Shown piece by piece: positions 1 through 9,342 of a stretch of DNA of 59,326 bases. Position 1 is the first letter of the stretch, and every line of letters begins with the position of its first letter. Under the pieces are notes generated by a model, which was not told where the DNA came from, ran no database searches, and was given only the letters and a program-made list of their open reading frames with translations. This DNA is from a virus (taxonomy: Duplodnaviria > Caudoviricetes): positions 1 to 59,326 of the IMG/VR virus record IMGVR_UViG_3300025133_000114, one strand, 5' to 3'. Both the position numbers and the translations under genes were made by a program.

Positions 1-1089
1 GTCCTTGACGATTTATTGCAGAGCTTAGACTACTTGGATAGGGAAGGGAACAGGGAACCAGTTATCGGTGGCGATCCAGGCACTGATCCTCCTGGCACTG
101 ATCCTCCTGGCACTGATCCTCCTGGCATTCAGCCACCCCCGCCCCCGCCACCACCCGGCGTGCCGGAATTTAAGATTCCTGTTCTTATTCGTTTCGACGA
201 CGATGATATAAAGTATTACAAGCTTAACGCGAGGTATCTCAACAAGCAAGGAAATAGGGAAAAAGCGGAGGAAGCCCTCAAGGCTATGGAAAACAGCACA
301 GTGATAGGGCGTGAATTGCAGGAGAGCGAGGCATTTATGCAGTTATTCGAGCTTTCGTCCGACCTTCACGAAGAGGAAGCAGGCAGCCTTCAGAACACAG
401 ACAGCTTTGAGAGAGAATTTGGTCGCGGCACCCGTGCTGATAATCTGAAGATTGCCATTCAAAAGACGGGTCGTCGGCGTAAGCTGAGGAGCGGTGCCAG
501 AACAAAACCAGTCTTCTACTATGTCTTCGACAAATCAATCCAGGGTGATCTAGATAAGCTGGGCACAGGGGCTAAGTTTAATCACTTCGTTAGTCGTGTT
601 CTTAGAAAGGCGATTGCGGCAGTTAAGAACAAAGGCAACAAGGCTTTAACTCCAGAAGAAGCATACTACGCCATCAAGAGGAAGGGAGGCGGAGGCACTG
701 GCATGAAGGGTCTCAGCATCAAGGAGGCAATCGAAATTTTAAGAGCGTATAAGGTTGTTGAAGGCGAACTTGCTCAGGTAGCGAAGAAGAAGACGAAGAA
801 GACAGTGAAGAAGGGTAAGAAGCCTGGCAAGAAAGCTTCGGCTAAGCCACATGGTCCCGTCTGGTCTCCAGAGACTGGCAAGGAGGGGGAGCCCGTTAAG
901 GCTTCGGCGGCTAAGCCACGCAGTTCCGGCTCCAAGCTTGATAGACGCCAAAGGCAGCGCGACCGTCGAGACCAAAAATCAGCCAAGGGGTTCGGTCGAA
1001 TGGGCGAATCAGTGGATGAATCAATTCAAGAATGCCGCTCGAAGGCAAGCGAAGAGAAATTTGAAAAACTTATTAATGGACTTTTCTAG
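1..1089 (+). CDS. Hypothetical protein (5'-truncated) with Pro-rich repeats and a Lys-rich C-terminal region; possible head-associated protein
   Basis: Frame is open from base 1; PPGTD repeats, poly-Pro, K-rich tail; lies in the head gene region. Confidence 0.6.
   Translation, partial: VLDDLLQSLDYLDREGNREPVIGGDPGTDPPGTDPPGTDPPGIQPPPPPPPPGVPEFKIPVLIRFDDDDIKYYKLNARYLNKQGNREKAEEALKAMENSTVIGRELQESEAFMQLFELSSDLHEEEAGSLQNTDSFEREFGRGTRADNLKIAIQKTGRRRKLRSGARTKPVFYYVFDKSIQGDLDKLGTGAKFNHFVSRVLRKAIAAVKNKGNKALTPEEAYYAIKRKGGGGTGMKGLSIKEAIEILRAYKVVEGELAQVAKKKTKKTVKKGKKPGKKASAKPHGPVWSPETGKEGEPVKASAAKPRSSGSKLDRRQRQRDRRDQKSAKGFGRMGESVDESIQECRSKASEEKFEKLINGLF
79..123 (+). repeat. 15-nt tandem repeat x3 (GGCACTGATCCTCCT) encoding GTDPP
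   Basis: Three exact copies read directly. Confidence 0.95.
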
Positions 1090-1097
1090 CAGGAGTA

Positions 1098-1511
1098 GTG
1101 GTGAAGAAGGCAGAATTAAAAAGGCTCTTGAAGCCATTGGTTAAAGAGTGTATCAAAGAATGCCTTCATGAAGAAGGCGTTCTTTCTTCCGTCATATCAG
1201 AGGTTGTAAAAGGTATGAATGGCGCTGTCATACAAGAGAGGGCTACACCTGTTGTGTCTGTTGCGCCCTCCCCGCCCCCCAGAAGAAATAATGTTCTTAG
1301 GGAGCAAAAGCGTAAATTGCTCGATGCGATTGGGAAAGATTCATATGGTGGCGTCGATATTTTTGAAGGTATGGCACCCCTACCTCCGCAGTTATCGCCA
1401 CAGGACGCGGCGTCGAATCCGTTAGGGGGTGTGGCACCCGCTGACCCCGGTGTGGATATCTCTGGTATTGTTGCGCTTGGAGGAAAAAAATGGAAAGCTT
1501 TCATGGGCTAG
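1098..1511 (+). CDS. Hypothetical head-region protein with N-terminal LKRLLKPLVKE leader
   Basis: AGGAG RBS before GTG start; position in head cluster. Confidence 0.7.
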   Translation: MVKKAELKRLLKPLVKECIKECLHEEGVLSSVISEVVKGMNGAVIQERATPVVSVAPSPPPRRNNVLREQKRKLLDAIGKDSYGGVDIFEGMAPLPPQLSPQDAASNPLGGVAPADPGVDISGIVALGGKKWKAFMG

Positions 1512-1513
1512 GG

Positions 1514-1521
1514 ACTATTTA
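1514..1521 (+). promoter_or_regulatory. Putative late promoter ACTATTTA
   Basis: Recurrent motif upstream of structural genes. Confidence 0.65.
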
Positions 1522-1537
1522 AAAGAAAGAGGAAAAA

Positions 1538-1984
1538 ATGTCAACATTTAATAAATACACCGTCGGCTTAAACCACGTCGGCTCATATCAGGCGAGTTCG
1601 AGACCTTACACCACGGCTTCGTGTGACGTTCCGGCATCAGGCACTAATATGGCACTTGCCTTTGAGGTATCGCTTCCAAGTGTTAGCAGGTTTGTAACTA
1701 TTAGGCACGATGGCAATGATACATATTCTGATGCGAATATGTCGGATATGCGCTTTGCGTTTTCCTCGGGAGGTCTCGGACCATCGAGCAACTATGTAAC
1801 CCTGGAGCCTTCTTCTTCTTACACTGCCGACTTCAGGGTAACTAAAATTTATCTTATGAATCACGGTAACGGTGCAGGAAACTATATTGGCAAAGCTACT
1901 GTTATTGCTGGTTTGACTAACATCTCTTCTTCGCACCTTGTTGATAGCTGGGAAGGCTGGGATGGTGTTGGACCTTCTGACTGA
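1538..1984 (+). CDS. Hypothetical beta-rich virion protein
   Basis: GAGG RBS, late motif upstream, S/G/T-rich. Confidence 0.6.
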   Translation: MSTFNKYTVGLNHVGSYQASSRPYTTASCDVPASGTNMALAFEVSLPSVSRFVTIRHDGNDTYSDANMSDMRFAFSSGGLGPSSNYVTLEPSSSYTADFRVTKIYLMNHGNGAGNYIGKATVIAGLTNISSSHLVDSWEGWDGVGPSD

Positions 1985-2688
1985 TGCCACAGAACTCTTT
2001 TACACCGGCAGGGGATTCTTCCTTTGCTGCCCTTCTCAGACAGGGCGCTCCCTGGGCTACAGTCACCGGGTTTAATAAAGCATCATCCGTGGTCGATGCA
2101 GGAACTACGGATATTATGTTTCAGGCGCGTTTGCAGGGATCTACTTTTCATTGCAGTCGCGGTTTTATGTACTTTGATCTCGAAGGGACTGCTTTACCAT
2201 CTTATACAAAATTTATTAAGCTAAGAAAAGCTCGGCTAACCTTAACTGTTTCTTCTAAAAGCGGATCACAAGCCAATGCTCATAAGTTCAGAATCTTTGC
2301 TATGGATCCCGCCACCGCCGGCTTCAACCCTCATATCAATGATTACGTTAATTTCCACAACAACGTGTCCTCTGCTGATTTCGAAGTAACTGGTACCGGA
2401 ACACTAAACTGCGATATTATCGGTGGCAGGCTCCTCAAGTGGATTGAAACAAAGATTAAAAGAAGAGAAGATCTGTATCTAATGATACGGAACTTCAATG
2501 ATGTCGGCGGCACTGACCCTTCTGGGAACAACTATGCTGCATGTCGGAGCCCGACATACGGCACACCGGCACTGAAGCCCGAGTTTACTCTATCATATAC
2601 ACTCCGTCAAGGGCGCAAGGCTCTCGGCGGCGGATTCAGCAACGGGAGTGTAAAAGCAAGAGGAACAAACGGATTTGGTAATTTTTAA
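1984..2688 (+). CDS. Hypothetical protein, possible carbohydrate-binding/DNRLRE-like beta-sandwich
   Basis: TGATG coupling; RGFMYFDL...KARLTLTV...P.FTLSY pattern resembles DNRLRE/CBM96-type domains. Confidence 0.45.
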   Translation: MPQNSFTPAGDSSFAALLRQGAPWATVTGFNKASSVVDAGTTDIMFQARLQGSTFHCSRGFMYFDLEGTALPSYTKFIKLRKARLTLTVSSKSGSQANAHKFRIFAMDPATAGFNPHINDYVNFHNNVSSADFEVTGTGTLNCDIIGGRLLKWIETKIKRREDLYLMIRNFNDVGGTDPSGNNYAACRSPTYGTPALKPEFTLSYTLRQGRKALGGGFSNGSVKARGTNGFGNF

Positions 2689-2699
2689 AAGGAAGAATA

Positions 2700-2942
2700 A
2701 TGTCTTATAGAGATAGGAAGTTCGTGGCAAACGGCAACAAGCCGTCTCATGTTACGGTCACCCCAAAGAGAAATGAGCATCCTGAAAGATTAATAAAAAG
2801 GTTTTTAAGAAAGGTGAAGAAATCACGCATTCTAGAAGAGGTGCGAGACAGGAGATTTTATGAAAAACCATCTGCCAAACGAAGAAAAAAACGACTACAG
2901 CGTGAAAGAGTTTTGAAAAAATTGGCTGATCAGGCAGCTTAA
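2700..2942 (+). CDS. rpsU: Ribosomal protein bS21 homolog
   Basis: V.V...E..ERLIKRFLRKVKKS.ILEEVRDRRFYEKPS.KRR matches the bS21 signature. Confidence 0.9.
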   Translation: MSYRDRKFVANGNKPSHVTVTPKRNEHPERLIKRFLRKVKKSRILEEVRDRRFYEKPSAKRRKKRLQRERVLKKLADQAA

Positions 2943-2997
2943 GGTGTACGAGAGTGAAAACAATGAGATTAATACGGGAATTTGTAATTTTTACATA

Positions 2998-3004
2998 CTA
3001 CTTA
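2998..3004 (+). promoter_or_regulatory. Putative late promoter variant CTACTTA
   Basis: Upstream of scaffold-capsid operon; variant of CTA(T/A)TTA. Confidence 0.5.
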
Positions 3005-3041
3005 TTTGTGAAAAAGAATCTTCTTTTGGAGAAATAGATAA

Positions 3042-4385
3042 ATGTCAGCACTATTAGAGCAAGCGATTATAGATGCAACAGCTTTGAAAGAAGCCGCACT
3101 TAAAAGCGCAGAGAATTCCATTCTTGAGAAGTATGCTCCCGAAGTCAGGAACGCCGTGGCTTCTTTACTGGAACAGGACGAAGCTTTGGATGATTTCGAT
3201 ATGGAAGCTGGCACCGAAGAGGGCTCTGAACATGACCTTAGCCTTGGAGCCGAAGAAGGCGAGAAGCTTTGCCCGTGCCCTGATGACGATGAGGTGGTCA
3301 ACGTCGATTTCGAATACCTTCAAACTCTGATGGACGAGGTGCCCGAGGGCGATCCTGTGGACTTAGGGAGCGAAGTAGCAGAAGAAGGGGGCGACGAAGA
3401 CGAACTTGAGTTGACAGAGGCGCTTCTGGAAGCCATTGAAGAAGCCGCACGCTGTGATGATCGCCGTCGCGGCACCACCATCAACGAATATGGGTACCGC
3501 AAGCGCCCCGACTATGACGAAGAATGCGTTGAGCGGGCGTACAACGACGCAGGGATGACCTGGGAACAAGCCGAAAAGTTCTGTCAGAAACGCGGTCGCG
3601 ATGGGCGGCGTCCCTCGTTTGACGAGATTCCTTCTACCTTCGATGAAATTGACCCAACACTGGATGAAGAGGTGCTGGAGGAAGAGGGATCCGATTGTGT
3701 CAAGGAATACAGAGCCGGTGGGCTGACTGAAAAGGAGTACCTGGAATGCCTTAAAAGAGCGAGGCGTTACAACGAACAGACCGAAGTCGAACTCACCGAA
3801 GAGAACATCGATGCAATCCTTGAAGAATTGGTCGTGGATATCAGACCAGAAAAGAGCGGTTGGGCAGGAACACCTGCAACCGTTTCGAACCATTATGCTG
3901 AGCTTGAACTCGCCCGTCTGGCGTCTACTGAAGCTCAGGAAGAAATTAAAATTATGAAACAAGCTCTTGGTAATATCAAGAAGGATTATGCCCAAATGAA
4001 CGAAAGTTTGAAGAAAGCACATTCCAAAAACAAGAAGCTTGTTAAAACACTTTCTAGTATGAAGGGGAAACTTGAAGAAGTACACCTTTCTAATGCTAGA
4101 TTATTTTACACGAATCGTGTACTGAGTAGTAGCTCCCTGAATGAGCGGCAAAAGTTAAAAATTGCCGAAGCTATTTCGGATTCTCGTTCTGTAAATGAGG
4201 CGAAGATCGTTTATGAGACTCTTCAAAACGCAGTGGGTCCTTCTTCTACAAAGAAGGGACCAAAATCACTGAGTGAAGCAATTAATCGAAATTCCCCTTT
4301 GATGGCTCGCAGAGAGTCGTCAAGCAGTGCTGATACGTCTGCTGTCCAGCGTATGCAAAGATTAGCAGGCATTTCTAAAAAATAA
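3042..4385 (+). CDS. Prohead core/scaffolding protein (T4 gp22-like)
   Basis: Acidic, coiled-coil, many (I/L)xE sites, ends RMQRLAGI, directly upstream of the major capsid gene. Confidence 0.8.
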   Translation: MSALLEQAIIDATALKEAALKSAENSILEKYAPEVRNAVASLLEQDEALDDFDMEAGTEEGSEHDLSLGAEEGEKLCPCPDDDEVVNVDFEYLQTLMDEVPEGDPVDLGSEVAEEGGDEDELELTEALLEAIEEAARCDDRRRGTTINEYGYRKRPDYDEECVERAYNDAGMTWEQAEKFCQKRGRDGRRPSFDEIPSTFDEIDPTLDEEVLEEEGSDCVKEYRAGGLTEKEYLECLKRARRYNEQTEVELTEENIDAILEELVVDIRPEKSGWAGTPATVSNHYAELELARLASTEAQEEIKIMKQALGNIKKDYAQMNESLKKAHSKNKKLVKTLSSMKGKLEEVHLSNARLFYTNRVLSSSSLNERQKLKIAEAISDSRSVNEAKIVYETLQNAVGPSSTKKGPKSLSEAINRNSPLMARRESSSSADTSAVQRMQRLAGISKK

Positions 4386-4403
4386 AAAAGGAGGACTAAT
4401 AAA

Positions 4404-6188
4404 ATGTCTATTTTAGAAAAATTAACAGAAGGTATTGTTAGTAGAGATCTCCGTCAAGAAGGTACTGCTCTTCTCTCCAAGTGGGAAAGAACAGGACTTC
4501 TGGAAGGTCTCGGCGATGACCGTAAGAAAGAAACGATGGCACGTTTGCTGGAAAACCAAGCTAAGCAGCTTCTCAAAGAAGCCGCTGGGTCTTCGATGGC
4601 TCAGGGTGATGTTGAGGGCTTCGCAGCAGTGGCGTTCCCAATCGTTCGTCGCGTTTTCGGTGGTTTAATTGCCAATGATCTGGTCAGTGTGCAGCCTATG
4701 AGCTTGCCGTCTGGTCTGATCTTTTTCCTTGACTTCACGTTTGGTGATACCAAGCTGGGTCAGGATCTCGGTGACTCGTTATATGGTGGCGGGGTTGTCG
4801 GTCAGCAGTTAACTGGCGGCGTCTCTCTTACCGGCGATAGCATCGACAAGGGACCGTATAACCTCAATAACGGGTTTGCTTCCGCAACAGGTAGCGCCGT
4901 TATCACGACCATGGAGCTTGTTGCTTCTGGTACCGTTGGTGCCGCAGGTGCAGGCAGCTACCCGATTACGCAGACGGCTATGGACACCCTCAACAAGCTC
5001 ACTCGGTGGGATCCTGATCTTTCCGGTTCGGATGTTGTTGTTGTCATTGCCACCGGTTCGGGTGATCTAGGGCAGTGGAACGTGCGTGACTTTGTTGGGT
5101 TTGCTTCGACTGATGGTGCTGCGGCTCCTGGTCGGCTTGTCCGCCACTTGACCCAGATTAACTCTGGCTCGGTTGGTGCTGCCCCTGGCAGTACTTCCTA
5201 CAAGGTACAGCTTGTCTTCGAAGCAACTGGTTCGCAGGTTCTCGATGCTGGCGCGGCTGGTGCAACTTCTCTCTTGAGTATAGTCACCGGTTCGCACGTT
5301 AAGAACTTTGGCTTCGTCATTGGAGACAACTTCACTGGAACGGCAACGGCTGGAGCGTCTCAAGCTGTTGGTGCAGTGAGAGCGACCACCACCTGGGGTC
5401 TTGAGGACCAATCTGCCATTCCCGAGATCGACATCAAGGTTGACTCTGTGAGTGTCACGGCTATGACCAAGAAGCTGAAAGCCAAGTGGACGCCTGAGTT
5501 GGGACAGGATCTGAATGCCTATCACAACTTGGATGCCGAGGTTGAGCTTACAAGCATCCTGTCTGAGCAGATTGCCCTTGAGATCGACCGTGAGATTCTT
5601 GAGGATCTCATTAAGGGTGCGACTGCTGGTACTTACTACTGGTCTCGTTCGCCGGGTCTGTTCGTTAATCGAACTACTGGTGCCGAGGTTGGCGCAAGTG
5701 CGGCTGCTCCGGACTTCACGGGTACTGTTTCTGAGTGGTATGAGACTCTTGCCGAGACGATCAATGATGTGTCGGCTCAGATCCATCGGAAGACTCTCCG
5801 TGGTGGTGCTAACTTCGTGGTGGTTTCACCCGAGGTTGCCAACATCCTTGAGTTCACTGCTGGATTCCGCGCTAGTGTCACTGCTGATCAGGACAAGGGT
5901 TCCATTGGTGCTGTGAACACCGGTTCTCTCTCTAAGAAGTTCGACGTGTTCGTCGACCCCTACTTCCCACGGAACGTTGTTCTTGTTGGTCGTAAGGGTG
6001 GTAGCTTCCTTGAGAGCGGCTATGTTTACGCTCCGTATGTACCCCTCCAGGTCACGCCGACTATCTTCGGTGTCGAGGACTTCGTGCCCCGTAAGGGTGT
6101 CATGACTCGGTACGCCAAGAAAATGGTGCGCCCTGACATGTACGGTCTGGTCATCGTTCGCGGATTGCTTGGTGAGTCTGGAGCTTAA
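4404..6188 (+). CDS. Major capsid protein (T4 gp23-like) with large insertion
   Basis: LLENQ, P.VRR, VQPM..PSGLIF, KLKAKWTPE..QDL.AYH.LDAE.EL, YAPYVPL, P.KG.MTRY motifs. Confidence 0.95.
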   Translation: MSILEKLTEGIVSRDLRQEGTALLSKWERTGLLEGLGDDRKKETMARLLENQAKQLLKEAAGSSMAQGDVEGFAAVAFPIVRRVFGGLIANDLVSVQPMSLPSGLIFFLDFTFGDTKLGQDLGDSLYGGGVVGQQLTGGVSLTGDSIDKGPYNLNNGFASATGSAVITTMELVASGTVGAAGAGSYPITQTAMDTLNKLTRWDPDLSGSDVVVVIATGSGDLGQWNVRDFVGFASTDGAAAPGRLVRHLTQINSGSVGAAPGSTSYKVQLVFEATGSQVLDAGAAGATSLLSIVTGSHVKNFGFVIGDNFTGTATAGASQAVGAVRATTTWGLEDQSAIPEIDIKVDSVSVTAMTKKLKAKWTPELGQDLNAYHNLDAEVELTSILSEQIALEIDREILEDLIKGATAGTYYWSRSPGLFVNRTTGAEVGASAAAPDFTGTVSEWYETLAETINDVSAQIHRKTLRGGANFVVVSPEVANILEFTAGFRASVTADQDKGSIGAVNTGSLSKKFDVFVDPYFPRNVVLVGRKGGSFLESGYVYAPYVPLQVTPTIFGVEDFVPRKGVMTRYAKKMVRPDMYGLVIVRGLLGESGA

Positions 6189-6220
6189 TAGCTACTAATT
6201 CATAAAGTACGAACAAAACC

Positions 6221-6250
6221 AACCCGCTCTCTTCGGAGGGCGGGTTTTTT
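6221..6250 (+). terminator. Rho-independent terminator
   Basis: AACCCGCTCTC-TTCG-GAGGGCGGGTT followed by T run. Confidence 0.9.
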
Positions 6251-6280
6251 ACTTTTAATTGTTTAGTTGGAACATTGAAA

Positions 6281-6288
6281 ACTATTTA
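6281..6288 (+). promoter_or_regulatory. Putative late promoter ACTATTTA
   Basis: Recurrent motif. Confidence 0.65.
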
Positions 6289-6320
6289 TAATATCCATTT
6301 AGAATTATGAGGAGACAAAC

Positions 6321-6584
6321 ATGGGAAAGAAAAGAAGAATGATCGCACATCCGGAGAAATACGGAAGAAAGTTTGCGTCACATCCCGCTTTGAGCAGAGT
6401 TACTAATCAGGAACAAGCAGAGGAATTGCCTGCCGTTGTTGCCGAGACTCCCACTCCGGTGTTAAAAGCCGCGAAAGAGGAGTTGGCTCCTAAGCCCAAG
6501 ACAGCCGCTGTTCCCAAGAAGAGGGTTGCTACCAGATCTAGGACTGTTAAGCCGAGAGCTAAAAAGACAACTTCTAAGAAGTAG
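6321..6584 (+). CDS. Small basic (K/R/A/P/T-rich) protein, possible DNA-binding
   Basis: GAGGAG RBS; histone H1-like C-terminal composition. Confidence 0.65.
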   Translation: MGKKRRMIAHPEKYGRKFASHPALSRVTNQEQAEELPAVVAETPTPVLKAAKEELAPKPKTAAVPKKRVATRSRTVKPRAKKTTSKK

Positions 6585-6605
6585 CGCTCTTTTGTGGTGT
6601 GGCTG

Positions 6606-6613
6606 ACTATTTA
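6606..6613 (+). promoter_or_regulatory. Putative late promoter ACTATTTA
   Basis: Recurrent motif. Confidence 0.65.
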
Positions 6614-6631
6614 CGATAGGAGGAACCCTGC

Positions 6632-7909
6632 ATGGCTATACCTAAATTAAGCCCCGTAAGCCAGACGAGTGCGGTTGTACTTCCATCTGTTGGTACAACT
6701 ACCGATGTTTCGTCTGCTTGCCCGTTAGGAATCTATACTGGATCCACTGACTTCTTGTCAGGGGCTTCTGATCAGGTCGCCTACACGTATCAGAAACTTG
6801 GCGGGGATATTCTGGATATTGAGGTTACGTCTGGCTCTGTTTATGCCAACTACGAAGAAGCCTGTTTAGAATACTCCTACATCATTAACACACATCAGGC
6901 TAAAAACATCATTGGTGATGTTCTGGGGCACGCCACAGCCAGCTTTGATCATAACGGGATTATGACGGGCGGCGATACTTTAAGCGGGAGCAACATAGAG
7001 TTAAAGTATCCCAAATTTGATCTGAGATACCCCAAACGTGTCGGACCCGCCGTGGCTGGCTACGCTGGCTTCGGAGGGATGAAACCTTTCTATTCAGCTT
7101 CCATAGCTCTGCAAAACGGGGTCCAAGATTATGACCTACAGACTCTTATTTCAAGCTCTGCTGCGGTTTCGGACTCTGGGAAGCCTTATGCGTTACAGGT
7201 CGGCAACAATAGGCTTACAATTGAGAGAGTCTTCTATAAGACACCTCAGTCTATGTGGCGTTTCTTTGGCTACTATGGCGGATTAAATGTTGTCGGCAAC
7301 GGCTCCATTTATGGCTATGGGCAGTATACGGATGACTCTACCTTCGAGATTGTTCCAGTATGGCAGAACAAGATGCAGGCTGCGGCTTATGAAGACCACC
7401 TTTATACTAGGTTGTCACACTATTCTTATGAGATACACAATAACAAATTAAGAATATTTCCTGAGCCCGATGCTGATATCGTTGAAAACATATGGGTTAC
7501 TTTCACAATAAATAATCAGGAAAACGCTTGGGATGATCAAACGGGGCAGGATACCGGGACAAGAGGCATCAACAATATGAATACGATCCCGTTCACAAAC
7601 ATCCCTTATAGCTCCATAAACTCAATAGGTAAGCAATGGATTCGAAGATTCGCGCTGGCGCTCACAAAAGAAACCTTGGGTCAAGTAAGGAGTAAGTTCG
7701 GCAGTATACCGATTCCCGGAGAGACAGTTAACTTAAACGGTTCGGATTTGCTCTCACAATCTAAAGATGAGCAAGAAAAGCTGAGGGAAGAGCTTAAAAC
7801 AACCTTGGATGAGATGACTTACGCGAAGATAGCGGAACAGGAAGCTAATTTAATGTCGAGCGTCAACACCTCCAACAAATATGTGCCGCTCTTAATCTAT
7901 CAAGGCTAA
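6632..7909 (+). CDS. Neck protein / head-tail adaptor (T4 gp13-like)
   Basis: LG..ILDIE, KLRIFPEP, QWIRRFALAL.KE.LGQVRSKF..IP.PG..V.LNG motifs; synteny. Confidence 0.85.
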   Translation: MAIPKLSPVSQTSAVVLPSVGTTTDVSSACPLGIYTGSTDFLSGASDQVAYTYQKLGGDILDIEVTSGSVYANYEEACLEYSYIINTHQAKNIIGDVLGHATASFDHNGIMTGGDTLSGSNIELKYPKFDLRYPKRVGPAVAGYAGFGGMKPFYSASIALQNGVQDYDLQTLISSSAAVSDSGKPYALQVGNNRLTIERVFYKTPQSMWRFFGYYGGLNVVGNGSIYGYGQYTDDSTFEIVPVWQNKMQAAAYEDHLYTRLSHYSYEIHNNKLRIFPEPDADIVENIWVTFTINNQENAWDDQTGQDTGTRGINNMNTIPFTNIPYSSINSIGKQWIRRFALALTKETLGQVRSKFGSIPIPGETVNLNGSDLLSQSKDEQEKLREELKTTLDEMTYAKIAEQEANLMSSVNTSNKYVPLLIYQG

Positions 7910-7915
7910 AACAAC

Positions 7916-8407
7916 ATGTCTACGAACAATAAATGGTCACAGCCTGCACAGCCTCCCCCTCCGCTTTTCACAGGGAAAAAGGAGAGGGACTTAGTAAAGC
8001 AAGTAAACGACGAATTAATTGAAAAAGTAATAGGTCAGGCTGTTGTCTACTACCCTATCGACGTTGATAGAACGAATTTTCATGATTTATACGGGGAAGC
8101 GATAGTAAAAAACTTTTTGCCACCCGTCCGTGTAATGGCTCTTATCGAGATGATAGATTACCAGACATCATACACGGATAATATTGGTTTAGATTTCGAA
8201 GCAAACATTAATATTCACTTCCATCGCAGAAGGTTGACAGAAGATCAGGATTTGTATGTTCGTCAGGGTGATTTCGTCTTGTATGGGGATATATACTATG
8301 AGATCGTCAAGTTAACTGAATCTCGGCTATTCGGTCAGATAGACCACAGAATGGAAATAGCTGCACACTGTACAGCGGTTAGGGAGGGGACTTTTAATGC
8401 CCAGTGA
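7916..8407 (+). CDS. Head closure/neck protein (T4 gp14-like)
   Basis: E.I...GQ.V.YYP, DLYGE, GD.V.Y...YEI; synteny after gp13. Confidence 0.8.
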   Translation: MSTNNKWSQPAQPPPPLFTGKKERDLVKQVNDELIEKVIGQAVVYYPIDVDRTNFHDLYGEAIVKNFLPPVRVMALIEMIDYQTSYTDNIGLDFEANINIHFHRRRLTEDQDLYVRQGDFVLYGDIYYEIVKLTESRLFGQIDHRMEIAAHCTAVREGTFNAQ

Positions 8408-9263
8408 TGAAACTACAGCAGGGGTCGACAACAAACGTGTTCGTGATATCACGATGCTTCCGTCCACCATTGAGACGATTGACTACGCCCTTCACAACTG
8501 GGTTGATGAAATTGTTAACCCATTCGCAACCACAAATAAGGGGTGGGAGAAGGTTGATGTTCGCTGGGTCAGCGGTGAAAGAAGTTGGCAGATTAAGGAA
8601 GACCGAGATATCAGAGATGGAAGTAGCCGAATCATTCTGCCTATGATAACCATGTACAGAACAGGGTTTCAGAAAGACCCCGCCATGAAGGGCGTTGCAT
8701 GGGCACACATCCCCAGCGTCAATGACGCGAAAGGAGGGGTTAGAAGCCTTACTGTTTCTCGTCGAATAGAGCAAGTAAAAACCTCTAAGTTTGCAAATGC
8801 AACTGCTAAGCGTCTTTACAATCAGTCAACTTTTCCATTTGGCAACAAGAAAGTTGTTTACCAGACAAAGACTTTCCCTATTCCGGTTTACATCGTCGGA
8901 TCTTACACAGTATCGATCAGAACCGAGTATATTCAGCAGATGAACGAGATTGTTCAGCCCTTCCTGACGAGAACTGGGCAAATTAATAACTTTTTTATGA
9001 CCAGGGATGGACATAAGTACGAAGGGTTTGTACAAAATGAGATAACAGACAGCAGCAACTCGGTCAACATGGGGGAAGAGCGTCGTTTCTACTTAAACAA
9101 CTTTGATATCAAGGTTCTTGGGTATCTCATAGGCGAAGGAAAAAATGATGCTCGCCCAAAGATAGCAATTAGGGAGAATGCAGTGGAAGTTAGGATCCCT
9201 CGTGAACACGTTGTCTTTGGAGATATAAACGAATACTTAAAGAAAGGATTTTATAGATCGTAA
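8397..9263 (+). CDS. Tail terminator / sheath stabiliser (T4 gp15-like)
   Basis: ILPMITM.R, PVY...Y.V.I.T....QMNEIV motifs; lies between neck and sheath. Confidence 0.75.
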   Translation: MPSDETTAGVDNKRVRDITMLPSTIETIDYALHNWVDEIVNPFATTNKGWEKVDVRWVSGERSWQIKEDRDIRDGSSRIILPMITMYRTGFQKDPAMKGVAWAHIPSVNDAKGGVRSLTVSRRIEQVKTSKFANATAKRLYNQSTFPFGNKKVVYQTKTFPIPVYIVGSYTVSIRTEYIQQMNEIVQPFLTRTGQINNFFMTRDGHKYEGFVQNEITDSSNSVNMGEERRFYLNNFDIKVLGYLIGEGKNDARPKIAIRENAVEVRIPREHVVFGDINEYLKKGFYRS

Positions 9264-9285
9264 AGAGAGATTCGTCTTTTGATAC

Positions 9286-9293
9286 ACTATTTA
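9286..9293 (+). promoter_or_regulatory. Putative late promoter ACTATTTA
   Basis: Recurrent motif. Confidence 0.65.
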
Positions 9294-9342
9294 TTTACGA
9301 AACTTGGAATCTTTGTTATAATTCTAAAGGAGACCAGAAGTA

